NCBI GenBank assembly: GCA_024137785.1
Contig: JAHRHZ010000079.1
Coordinates: forward strand, 9,833,073-9,897,072
Length of the DNA: 64,000 nt
From: Ginglymostoma cirratum
Taxonomy: Eukaryota
Direction: 5' to 3'
A program made the translations under genes and the position numbers. Of the stretch, positions 23,226 to 35,438 are shown piece after piece. Below the pieces are notes generated by a model. The model had not been told where the DNA came from, ran no database searches, and saw nothing but the letters and a program-made list of their open reading frames with translations. Position 1 is the first letter of the stretch, and every line of letters starts with the position of its first letter.

Positions 23226-25186
23226 TTTATGGTCTAATGGAAGTGCCAAGTGGTGACAGATGTGATTGGAGGGGACGTGGGTTGGTCTGGAAGTGTTTGG
23301 AGGCATGAGGGCAGTGAAAGATGTGGTTTAGGGGACCATTAAACATTGTTTGAAATGCAATACTGCATTAGAGAACTGAGACAGGGCATTAAAACTAATC
23401 CAACTTTGAAATGAAAAGACAAAAACTGGCATGTGGACTGTAACCCATTGGCTGGCTAGCAATTTACGAGCTGCACAAATCCAGGGTTCGGGATTTATCA
23501 AGTCTGGAGGAAGATTCAGACCAACAGGTGTGTAATTGAATGTAGAGCTTCTTGAAATTGGAATTAAAATGGGGAAAAGTGAATGGAGGTATGCGGATTG
23601 GGTTTAGAAATCTGACTCTTGAGGTCACAATTAAGTGGTTCTGTTGGAAATCAAGTGGTTGTCCTTGTCACTTAAATTTTCCTCTTTATCAAAACATCTT
23701 TGTTTTAAGTATAAATTACTAAATATTCAAGAGAATACAGCACTTTTAAAATTAAAAAAAGATTTTTCTCGGGATTATGCTGTTCACCTATTCTACCACA
23801 AATTCAGTGGTCTTCAACATTTGGATTTTCACTTCAGCCTTCAAAAGATTTTTTTTTTTGCGATATAAATAAAGGAGTATTTCACTTTGTTCCAGCGTCA
23901 AGAGAAAGTCCATGTAAATTATTGTGTTCACATGCTGGACTTTTGTCATTCAATTGTTGAAAGCTTCTGGTCTAAGCTAGCCTCAACATCCTTCTGTTCT
24001 TTCTGCCAGTGGAAATGAAGATCAAATCAAATGGTACCAGTAATAGTGGAGGATTGTAGTGGGAATTGAGTCGTTTGAAGATAGTTTGATACTGACAATG
24101 AACAAAGGAAGATCTGTAATGTGGATTAGTAAATGGGGACTTTCAGATGGTGAAATTTAAGAACAGAGAGAAAAAAAATGCTTGTCTCCTCAAGCCTACA
24201 TCACTTTCGATATTTATAAATTAATTTATTCTAAAGAGCAGATAATCTTTACAATGTTCAAAGATAGAATAATAACCCATGACAATATTATTTAAGGAGG
24301 TAATTTTTTTGGATTGTGCTGGTGGAAAGATGCTAGTGCATGTGAGGAGGAAGTATTATTGTGAGACGAAAGAAACAAATGAAGAAAATATAATCCTGGA
24401 ATATAAACCAATTAGGCTCAGCTGTTCTTTTCCAAAGGATTGAATTTAGCTGCAACTATCCCGATGTGTGCAGAGACTGAGGTCTCCTTTTGTTTTGGTT
24501 TCAGTTGAAAGTTGTTTTCTTTCAGTTTTCACCCTATTCTCCCAGTGCTGAAATTGTCAGCATACCATGGGGATATTTTAATGCTGTTTCCTACATCCCC
24601 TGGGCATTACTGAGCAAACAGAATGCCAGCAGTTCCTTTCCAATGTGACCTTTTGATGTCTACGGTAGAAAAGTGTAATTCATTACCTGGTGCCTAGACC
24701 ACATTAGAGAAACAGGTCATAAAGGGGTGTGTGACACTGACTTAAACTGTTGTCATTGTCCAATGTATCCAGCCAGCAGGAATATCTTTGCTAATATCAC
24801 CTGCCGGAGCATAGATTTCTTTCACTGGGAAACACTGCAATGTTGCTTATGGGCAAACAATTGATCAATCAGGTTTTAGATGTTAGTTAATCTGCAGGAA
24901 AATTGATTCTAAACCAACAATTATGCGTTGTGTATTTTGTAGTTCAATTTAAGTTACAATTTAAGCCTAGATGTGATTGGATTTAGTCTTGGCAAATTTC
25001 AAATTGTTAGCTTCCATTATTTCTTTAAGACAAGTCCTATAAATACATCTTTCTTTATAAAGAAAATGTGAAATGAAGTTACTTATACAAAGACTTAGGG
25101 CTGGAATTTATGGGGTACCATAATCCTCACATCACTCTGACTAAAATGTCAGAGGAGATTCCACTCAGCAGAATAATACAGCTATT

Positions 25187-25442
25187 AAGAAAAGCAGAAA
25201 GAGCCCACAGCAGGTCTGGCACCATCTGTGGTGAGAGAAACAGAGTTAACCTTTAGGATCCAAGATAACTTTTATTACCCTAGAGTTTACAGCGCAGAAG
25301 GAAGCCCTTAGCCACCTAAAAGAAATGTCATATTGAACTCAAAATGTTAACTGTTTCGCTCTGTCTACAGATGCTGCCAGACCTGCTGAGTTTCTCCATC
25401 AATTCTGCTAAACCTTCAGATCTCCAGCATTTTTGCTTTTGT
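25187..25442. mobile_element. Fold-back PLE-terminus element (family B), diverged
   Basis: Left arm cagcaggtctggcaccatctgtggtgagagaaacagagttaac is inverted relative to right arm gttaactgtttcgctctgtctacagatgctgccagacctgctg. Confidence 0.7.
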
Positions 25443-27122
25443 GATGGCCAATTATAAATTTGAGGTGGAAATACTATCTCTAAGGAACAGGATGCCCTGC
25501 CTCTATTATCAGCAACATCACCAGGAGTGGTGGACACCGCCATTACAGTACTAGGAGATTGAGGAGTCAAGCCAAGTTGGATCATGTTCTATGTGTCCAA
25601 AGATTTTAGGGAACCCTAGAGGAAGAAGGAAGTGGAACTTGTTTTTTTAGAAACTATTATGGGAAAGGGGAGATTCTCCGATGAGCCCAGGGTGCCTTCT
25701 AAAGAGGGACCTGACCTCATTCTGCCTGATATTAGTAGGCACTTAACATAGGCCTGTCCAATTTCTTGTTAAGTTCCAGTTGTGGTAAGGTGAGGCTCTT
25801 GAGTAGCACAAGTTTTCAATTCAAAAGCCTCATTTGTTCCATTGCTGAGTGGGTTGCCTAACGTTGCCCCCTCCATTAGTAAGAGTTTGGTAGCAGCAGG
25901 CTGGATAGATTCACCTTTTACATTCCTCTCCCTCTCACCCACGTTTTCAAACCCACTGGCAGGCTAGAGATAAGATTATGAAATATATAGACATCAGTTT
26001 ATGAAGTCTAGTTATCCTATTTCTAAACTATGAAACTATTAAGTATTCTACATTGACAACAAAATGAGAAGAATAGCCATACATTATTAATGCAGATTTT
26101 GAAATTAGGCTACTTATAGTCTGCATGTATCTGATACACTTAAATGCATGACAAAGCACTGGGCATTAAGTCCTAGATGTATTTCAGATATTTTAGATAC
26201 TTAGGGAAGGCATTTGTTTTTAAAATAATCCCTGTGGAGCATTTCATATCCTCCATTTCTCCTGTAAGACAGTGAAGTGAATCAGCTTTGGTCATGTCAA
26301 ATGGTCCCTTGGAGCTGCACTGTCTGCATTCCAGATGAGGATCAGATGATGGATCTGTTTCCAGCATGGCTTGCTTTTTCTCGCTGTGTTTCTATTGACT
26401 TTTTAAGCAGAGGAACACTTTTAATGTGACAATTATTTAGGACTAAATACTTCGCACACATCAAATTCACTCCTAGATTTTCTCTTTGAAATGTACTCTC
26501 TAATAATTTTCTGTCCAAGATATGGCGCAGCATTTAACAATTGTACGAAATTTTAGCATTGTAGATTCATTATTTCTTCACTTCAGTGGTGCCTGAAACG
26601 TAGCTAGTGGCAGCATCAAGTTCAGGCTGGGTAAAATATGGGTTAGATAGAATGAGTTCTCTGCACTATATTGCAATGACAAAGATAATCTCAAAAGAGG
26701 ATTGTGCTACTGCATCAAACTGATATTTCTGTTTCCCACACTTGCAATTATTTGATAACTAACAGAGAGAAGTTAGATTCTAACAGGTTAGTTTTGAAAC
26801 TTGACCAACAGAGGTGAAAAAGAGAAAACTGATCTGTTGCTACTTATTTCTGTTGATTATTTAATTATTTCTACTCAATTTTACCTATGTGTTAAAACAT
26901 TAATATTGATCTTCCTTGCATTAATGTAACAAAAAAAATGTTTGGGAAGTTGTAGGGCTCCGCATGTTCAATGATTAGACTAAGACTATGCTATGACAAT
27001 TGCAAGTCACCAGGAAATTTGTAGGATCCATCAGTTGGCAAAGAGATAAAATAACTTTATAGACCAGGGTACCCCATCCTTTCTTTCACTGAAGGCAGGA
27101 GAAAAGAAAAGTATTCTCTTAC

Positions 27123-27188
27123 CTTTCTAAAATTATATCTGTCAGACAATTGTTGAGGGTAGCCATAGGGAAGTCCAGTTCCCACAAT
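27123..27188 (-). CDS. Candidate 66-nt exon of an unidentified gene
   Basis: Strong acceptor atttttctcttcccag and donor aag|gtaaga; open as IVGTGLPYGYPQQLSDRYNFRK (phase 0) or LWELDFPMATLNNCLTDIILE (phase 2). Confidence 0.3.
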
Positions 27189-27556
27189 CTGGGAAGAGAA
27201 AAATCTGGGAGAGAAACAAGAAATATCATTCCATGCGTAAACCAAAAGTTGCTTGTTTTTAAAAGCAACTTTTAATTTTTTTACAGAATCCTAAACTATT
27301 ATGAAATACTTTGTAGCAATGACTTCCTGCTTGGAGTAACCAATGCAGTTCAGATGTAGCAAGTTCATGGCCTCAAAGTGGTTATGCTCAAATTCAATTT
27401 TTTCTCCTTTTAATGGATTGTTTTACAGTGAAGTGTTTATTCTATCTGTTCATTCAAAAATTGGGGAAATATCCCTTATAAGATCATGATTTGTAGGAGC
27501 AGAATTAGACCATTTGGCCCATTGAGTTTGCTTCGCCATTCAATTATAGCTGATAT

Positions 27557-27870
27557 GGGGAGGCAATGGCCTAGCGATATTATCGTTGGAATGTTAGCTC
27601 AGAGACCCTGATAATGTTCTGAAGACTCGGGTTCTAATCCCGCCATGGCAGATGGTGGAATTTGAATTCAATAAAATATCTGGAATTAAGCATCTATTGA
27701 TGACCATTGCCGATTGTAGCAAAACCCCATCTGACCCACTAACGTCCCTTGGGGAAGTAAACTGCCATCCACAGCAATGTGGTTGACTCTTAACTGCCTT
27801 CTGGACAATTAAGGATCGGCATTAATGCTGCCTTGCCAGTGACACCCTTGTTCCGTGACTGAATAAAGGA
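27557..27870 (+). mobile_element. tRNA-headed SINE sharing head and tail with the CR1-like LINE; inserted in a CR1 3' end (27480-27995, minus)
   Basis: A-box-like tggcctagcg, B box gggttctaatccc, body ccatctgacccactaacgtccc, tail aattaaggatcggcattaatgctg. Confidence 0.8.
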
Positions 27871-30800
27871 AAACAAAAGATTTTCCCTGTAACCGTTCAT
27901 CCCCTTACAAATCAAGAACCTATCTATCTCTGTGGTACATACACTCAAAGATTGATCTCCACAGCCTTCTGCAACATTGATTTCCACAGATTAACTATGA
28001 GGGCAATTAAATCCAAATGCTGATGATCCTGGAACACAAAACATAATACGTTTAACCAGGAGCCTGGAAATGAGCTCTGAGCTCCCTCTTCTGCTTTGCT
28101 CCCTGTACCCACTCTATCTCCTCAATTTGAAAGCTACAGTGCATTATATGAGACAGAACAAACCCTGCTGAAAGTGCAGATTAGTACATTCATCATGAAA
28201 TTCAAAACCAAACATTGGCCACTCTATGCCTTTTTATGGTGTTCCTAGCATAGATCATTGCTTACCTGGTACTGTTCTGGAACCCAAATTCTGTCATCTT
28301 TAGCTGTTACAGAACAATAGTTTGCCTTATAATATGACCTTTTATAGGCATTCATTCAGCATTCCCAGACATGGAAGAGCTGAGATTAGGAGGTCTCTGA
28401 GAAATGGGCTTAATTCGCTATTTCTCCATATGATGATTTCAGTGGAGTGTAAAATTGGATAGACTGTAAACCAGGGCACTGGCCCAGTTCCCATCAATTC
28501 CCTGCCAGCTGGGCTAAGTTAAAACTAGTCACACAATTTCACTCATGTAATTGTGTACTAGCTTTACCAATGAGACTCATAAGAATGGGCTGTATTTTAC
28601 TTGATGAGCATTCAATTTCCACTGCCTCCTTTGTTACTTCCAATTAGGGCTTTAACACATCCATTTATTGAAAGAGATTTTAGGTCTTCTGCTCTCATGC
28701 AAAGATTTGTGTGATTGACAGATCAGAGACACACTGATGTGGATGAAGTTTGGAAATAATAGGCAAAGTGCTGGTGCTATGACAGTGAGGACTGAGAATG
28801 CAAATGAGGAACAATATTTTGAATTGTTAGTCATAATATTAGACATAGACCAAAACAAAAGCTAGACAAACAAGATGAGTCAGAAACATCCTTCCAAATG
28901 CCAACGTGAGTGTACTTGCACCAAGTAGACAGCAGTTCAAGAAAGAAGCTCAAGGGCAATGAGGGATGGGCAATAAATGCTGGTCCATATCCTGCGAGTG
29001 AATAATTTTAAAAAGTCTGCTATCTTATTAAGAATAATCTACACAAATCATATAGTTCGGAGGTAAAAACACACCCATGTAAGGTGTTTCATCATTTAGG
29101 AGATTAACATTTGTACAACAACACAGGATTAGGGGATCGACAATTTGTCAGACAGAAATGCAGAGCTAAAATCACTCACTGCCATCATAATGACTGGAAC
29201 TGTCTTCTGTATAGTCCAGGCACCTGCTTAAGTCAGTGGAAGACTTCATTCTTGTATGTAAATTGAGATCACATTGTGTACAGAGGCATGCTCTGCAATG
29301 TTGAGGAGTAACAAAATCAAGAGTGCACTGTATAGATGGCTCCAAGATGCTGCAGAGGAAGGGACACCAAAAGCAGAAGAAATGTAATTCATTTTTTACA
29401 TTGAGTAGAATTGCTTCTGTGGGCTTCTTAAAATAATATTGGGCAATGACTCTTTGGAATTCCCAGATTACGACGCAATTCTCCTCAACCAGTCCTCACT
29501 TTTCCACCCCTGGATCTATCTGCTTGTTAATCAGGTTGGACTCCATGACATACTCAGTTGGAACGTTGCAATAGTTGCCCATTCAGGACATCAACCCACC
29601 AACAGCAAAGTATCGACACTCAGCCTTCAAAATACAAGGGACTACCTGCTGGTAGTAATGGTCTGGGGTTTGTTGTATGTGTTGCAGTGCCAGCGTGTGT
29701 CTAGTGTAGTTTGCTGCCCTGATGCCTTCTCCTTGACTGGGCCCAAGAGTTTTGTTTTATGGTGATAAAGGAAAACCACTGATGAGTCTTAATGAGAAGG
29801 TTCTTTAGTTTTAAACAAGATGTAGTTTATTGCATGATAAGAATCTCATACAAATTATCTCAGTATTTTAAACATTATTACTAGTTACATTGGGAGATCA
29901 ATGTGATCTTTCTCCAAGATCGTAAGATATTCCGTCTATATACTCTGGGAGGAGTCATAATGCAATTTCCAAAATTAATCTTTTCAGAATCATTTTCTCA
30001 TGCAACTTCTCTCACCACTTCCCCCATTGTTAACACTTATACCTTCATGTATATAATTAGATTAACATTACTCCATCTCCCCTATCTCTATGGCATCACA
30101 AATTCAGATGATCTGAAAGCTTCACAATTCTTCCAGATTGTATTCCTTTTGGACTTGGAAGAATAGTAGGTTTTTGGTTTAAGGCAGTTGACCTTGATAT
30201 TGTTTTTAATCCTGAGTGTTCTGTAAAGTCTCACTACACTGGAGGATCTTGTATCTCTTAGATGACCTTTGCTGAGAACGTTGTTCCTGTTAAACCAGGT
30301 AGTTGTCCAAAACCTTATCTGGAAGATCCTTTATCTCCTAATTTTTTTTTCTTTGCAGAGCAATTCTTCTCTGCTGAATCAGGTAATTTCATCATAATAT
30401 GATCTATGGGGACATATAATCTAATGAATTTCCTTTATTGAAGACAGTTGCACTATTGAAACAAGTATTTCATTTTTTGCTGTATCCTGGATTTCTGGAC
30501 TAGGCAGCTTCCCCTTGACCATATCTTAATCTGTGGATGTTGCTCAACCCATCTCCAATATTTGCTCCCATGTAGTTGTATGCATTTGGTCTTTAATCAT
30601 AATTTTTATTCTCGACCTGCAATACATCAGTATTGAAGTAGATAAAATCTTGACCTCAACTTGCGGATAGGGTTAACTACCTTCATTCACCTTCTGAGGT
30701 TGGTCTTGCCAGTGAACTAAACATGTTTTCATCCTCAGTCATGCTATTTGAGGATTGCTGCTGACTTAGCTCTACTACTAATTCTTACTTGGAAAATAAT

Positions 30801-31287
30801 GAATTGAAATGTTCCTCTTGAACTTAGGCTGTTTCATCTTCTCACATCAAATTCAAATCTGCTGCTATACTTTGTTCACCAGTCTGCATTCATGCCTGAA
30901 CAATTTAAATAAAAGAATAATCCATAATTTACATCCATCATTACTTTTTCCCCTTATTTGTATCTCCTCACAAATACTGCTGGTTTCTGTCATCTGTATT
31001 TTCTTCAGTAATATCAGGATTGTTTTCCAATCTTGGGTATTCAAATATTTCACAATGACTAATGAGATCTTCTGGCTCTTTTGAGATCTCCGGACATCAC
31101 ACCACTGACTGACCCCTGGTCATACATTTGGTGTTTCCTAAATATCCTCACTGTTCTCAATAATCTTTCCAGGATGTGGGAGGGCCAGAACAATTAATCC
31201 TTTGCAATAAACTGGTAAACCATCTATGATTGTTATCTTCTGACGGTGCTTGCAGTGTGTGTATTTGGACAACTCACTTTTAATCTA

Positions 31288-31527
31288 CTCAGAGATAGTA
31301 AGAACTGCAGATTCTGGAGTCAGCAATAATACAATGTGGAGCTGGAGGAACACAGCAGGCCAGGCAGCATCAGAGGAGTAGGAAAGTTGATGTTTTGGGT
31401 CAGGACCCTTCTTCAGAAATGGCTTCACAGGAAATTTCTGAAGAAGGGTCCCGACCTGAAACGTCAACTTTCCTGCTCCTCTGACGCTGCCTGGCCTGCC
31501 GTATTCCTCCAGCTCCGCACAGTGTTA
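31288..31527. mobile_element. 240-bp fold-back PLE mini-element (family A) with two opposed hammerhead motifs
   Basis: Long inverted arms; ctgaagaagggtcccgacctgaaacgtc on plus and a counterpart on minus; exact 14-bp TSD tcacttttaatcta at 31274-31287 and 31528-31541. Confidence 0.88.
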
Positions 31528-31984
31528 TCACTTTTAATCTAGCCATTCTTCACACAACACCAGTCTATGGGTAGTTTTTTGTCAGTTTTTTCTTTGCTTT
31601 TGTCAAACTTGCCTGAGCCTATTTTGACTTGCTGGCCATTGGTTTGTCTTGGTGAAATGAAAAATACTTTTTATGTGTTCAAAGCTCAACTGAGTATATT
31701 CCTCTTTATGGGTTCTGCCAGATGCTAGAAAGTTCAATGAAATGTTCCACCATTTTCTCCATGATCAGTTTTCCAACAACTGTTTGTTCCTGGATCAGCT
31801 GATTGGCTTGACTCTGGACAGACACAGTGGAACTTGATCTCTCATGACCTGCTCAATGGCTATTGTAAATAGTTGAACACTTTTTGCTACTTGAAGAAGG
31901 TTTCAGAATATCAATAATATACACATTATCTACTATTTTCCAACCTTTGTGTTATAGTGTTGTTTGGAGCATTCCTTTAATCTG

Positions 31985-32090
31985 AAGCAAAAGCAGAAAT
32001 TGCTGGAGAAACTCAGCCAGTCAGGCAGCATCTGTAGAGAGAAAGCAGAGTTAATGTTTTGAGTCCAGTGACTCTCTCCTTCTTCCAGAG
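31985..32090 (-). mobile_element. PLE-terminus fragment (family B)
   Basis: gcagaaattgctggagaaactcagc...gagttaatgttttgagtccagtgac. Confidence 0.65.
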
Positions 32091-32729
32091 CAATATTAAT
32101 AGCTTTCTCCAAAGTGAAAACTTCCTGGACTATAATAAGTTTGACAAAGACTGAACAATAATCCTACCAATAACTCTATCTCTTATAAATTGTTAACAAA
32201 TTTCTTTAGATGCTGAACCTTCTGTTGAATCCTGCTTTTAGAAGAATTGTATTTGTTCACAGCAGGAGTGATTGTCAAAAGTTTGTAGAACTTGAACAGG
32301 AGTTTGTGTGCCTTCTTTTATGTTTGGCTCCGCTAAATATCATCAGCTGAAGGTCCTATTAGATACAATAATACACTTATATGTATTGTAATATATCAGT
32401 TTGTAATTTAATGGGTAGCTTGGAAGCAATTCTGTATCTTAAGCATTGTTTTCTCCAGATAGCCAACCATGGATTCTGTTTGGTCCGACTTTGAAATTAA
32501 AAAGCCAGGCAGTATTATTTTTCTTGCCATTTTCTACTTATGTAGAATTTTTCTTCAAATAATTTTTAATTCTGCAGTACCTCAATGTTGCTTTACTCTT
32601 TTTCATAAATAGATTCTTAGTTCTTCAATATAGCAAAGATGTTTTGTTTTCCTTGTCACAAGGGCTTTTAAACTGTGAAATATATCTATGCTAGGTTGTT
32701 TTCCTTCTTTTACATTCTATTGATATTTA

Positions 32730-34970
32730 AAGAAGAAAAGGTAACAAAGTGAGTATTAATCCTATTGAAAGTGAAAATAAGGAAATGGCAGATGAATTGA
32801 ATGGATTTTTTGCATCATTCTTCACCATAGAGGACACGGTAACATCCCAGAAATAGTTATAAATGATAGATGGAAGGGAAGATCGTTGGAACTGTGGGAT
32901 CACGCATTCTTGGATCCTGATGAACTTGATCCCAGGGTCATAAAAGAAGAAGCTAATGAGCAAGTTGATAAGTGATTTTAATCTTCCACAATTTCCTTAA
33001 TACTGGAATGGTGCAATTAGGTTGGAAAGTAGCAAATGCAATTCGTTTATTCATAATAAGAAGTAGACAGAAAACAGGAAACTGCAGCCCGGTTAGTTTA
33101 ACATTTTACATCGGGGAGGTGTTAGAAACTAGCATTCACGAAGTTATTGCTTATTATTTGATTTACTGTTGTCACATGTATCAAGATACAGTGAAAAGTA
33201 TTGTTTTCCGAGCTGTACAGGCAGATCATATTATACAAAGTACATCAGTGAGCAGAACAGAGTGCAGACTACAGTGAATCAGCTGCAGAGAAGGTGCGGA
33301 GAGAGAGAGATTAGTATTAACATTTGAGAGGTCTATTCAAAAGTCTCATAACAGCAGGGAAGAAGCTGTCCTCGAATCTATTCATACGTGTATTCAAACT
33401 TTTATATCCTATGCCCAATGGAAGAGAGTTGAAGAGAGTATAACTGGGGTGCAAGGGGTCTTTGATTATGTTGGTTGCTTTTCTGATGCAGCAGGAAGTA
33501 CACATGGAAGGATGGTTTGCGTGATGGGCTGGTCTGCGTTCACGACTCTCTGTAGTTTCTTCTTGAGAAGAGCAGATCTCATACCATGCTATGATGCATT
33601 CAGATGGAATGCTTTCTATGGTGAATGTATAAAAATTGGTCAGAGTCTTTGTGTACATCCTGAATTTCCCTAGCCTGTTGAGGAAGTAGAGATGTTGTTG
33701 TACTTTCTTGACCAATGCAATGCCCCGGGGTAGCAGGGCATTACAAGATGCTCCAAGTAATCAGGCAGACTAAACTTGGTTTTGTAAAATGTTATTTGAA
33801 GTAGCACTTGCTGTAGATAAAGGAAGCCTTTGGGCGTACAGTCCTTGAATTTCTAAGAGATATTTGAGAACGTGCTACATGAAAAGTTATTGAGGAAAAC
33901 ATGATTCCATGGTTTGGGTGGGGGTGTAAAAGGCTAAAAATATTGCCATGGATTGAAGTTTGGCTAACCAAAAGAAAATGGAGATTAGCCACAAATTTCC
34001 TTGCTGGTAAGACGTAACAAGTGGTGTGCCGTAGGGATCAGTGTTGGGTATCAACTTGTAATAATTTAACTAATTAACTTGGATCAAAGAACTCACATAT
34101 CATAGTTAAATTTGCACATGATTGTTGGGAAAGTAATTTGGAAAGAAGACACAAATTGGCTATAAAGCAATTTTAGATATGTAAGTGGACGTAGGCTTAG
34201 CAAATGGAATATAATGTGGGAAAATTTGAAATTGTCCATTTTGGTGGGATTGAATCAAAAAGAAATAATATCTAATGAGAGAGATTGCAGAGCTCTGTGA
34301 TGCAAAGGGATCTGAGTGTCCTTGTACACAAATCACAATGGATTGGTATGCAGGTACAGAAAATAATTAGAAAATCTAATAGACTGTTGTTATTTCAAAA
34401 GTAGGGAGATTATACTTTAGTTATGCATGACATTGGTGAGACTGCACCTGGAGTCTATATAAAATATTATTCTTATTGAGGGAAGGACGGAAATGTATTG
34501 GAAGTAATTCAGAGAAGGTTTACCAGACTAATACATGGAATAGGCGGATTGTCTTATGAGGGAAGGTTATACAGGCTAAGCTTGTAGCCACTGGAGTTTA
34601 GTGGAGTAAGAATTGATTTGATTGAAACATGCATGAAGCATCTTGACAGGGAGATGTAGAGAGGATGTTTCCTCTTTTCAGAGATTCTAGAACAAGGGGT
34701 CACTGTGTTAAAAATAAGGGCTAACCCAGTTAATACAGAAAGAGGGAGTTTTTTTTTCTTTCAGAGAGGATTATGTGTCTTTGGAAAGCTTTTTTTTTCA
34801 AAAGGCATTGGAAGAAGAGATTTTGAATCTTTATGTCATAGCTAGATAGATTTTAGGGGAAAAACAAGGGGATGAAAGATTATCTGGGGTAGGTGAGAAA
34901 GTAGAGTAATCAGATCAGACATGACCTTATTGAGTAACACAGCAAACTTGAGGGGCGGAGTTGCATACTC
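32730..34970 (+). mobile_element. CR1 LINE ORF2 remnant interrupted by a Rex/Babar LINE
   Basis: WKVANA...GNCSPVSLT; later tgccgtagggatcagtgttggg (PQGSVLG), atggaatataatgtgggaaaa, CR1 tail. Confidence 0.8.
33150..33715 (-). mobile_element. Rex1/Babar-type LINE 3' fragment
   Basis: QQHLYFLNRLGKF...TLTNFY.FTIESI..CIIAWY...KATNIIKDPLHP...RFEDSFFP. Confidence 0.8.
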
Positions 34971-35214
34971 CGAAATGATATGTCTGTGTGTGTTCAATAT
35001 TTAAATTCTGTAATAGAGCAATGGTGTATCTTGGTGCTACTTACAAGGATTTTCTCACAACTGGGAGTCAACATGGATTATTCATGCCTCTGCAGCGAAA
35101 AATGAAGGTTGAATGAAATGATGATTGTCCAAGTTTCATGGCCTAATAAACAATGCCTATGTTTTCCATGACTTTCCCAAATAAATCCTGGTTCGTGGAC
35201 ATTAATGGATTCTT

Positions 35215-35438
35215 AAAGAGAAACAGAAATTGCTGGAAAAGCTCAGCAGGTCCGTGAAGAGAAATCAGAGTTAATGTTTCGGGTCCAGGGTGATCCTTCC
35301 TCAGAACTCAACTTCGGGTTACTGGACCTGAAACATTAACTGTGATTTCTCTTCACAGATGCTGCCAGATCTGCTGAGCTTTCCAGCAACTTCTGTTTTT
35401 GTTTCCGATTTACAGCATCCGCACTTCTTTTGGTTTTT
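35215..35438. mobile_element. Fold-back PLE mini-element (family B) with hammerhead motif
   Basis: Inverted arms; minus strand gttCTGAGGAaggatcaccctggacccGAAACATTaac; probable TSD attaatggattctt / attaataaatcctt (11 of 14). Confidence 0.8.

Larger units (their letters stand above)
29780..32720 (-). mobile_element. Highly degenerate Gypsy LTR retrotransposon (pol remnants and probable 3' LTR)
   Basis: Integrase Zn-region remnant GNTKCMTRGQSVV*CPEISKEPEDLISHCE (31045-31140); C-terminal QSGRIVKLSDHLNL* near 30095-30140; PPT-like ggggagatggag near 30070-30083. Confidence 0.65.

Noticed and set aside
26173-26367. Minus-strand ORF with an internal acceptor-like cttacag
   Set aside because: No convincing donor and no recognisable peptide
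27557-27650. A/B boxes suggesting a tRNA gene (also 39905, 53200 and HE1 heads)
   Set aside because: No cloverleaf evident and each continues into a SINE body
30359-30382. Plus-strand micro-exon-like signal (ttttctttgcag...cag|gtaatt)
   Set aside because: Lies inside antisense decayed Gypsy sequence; likely chance
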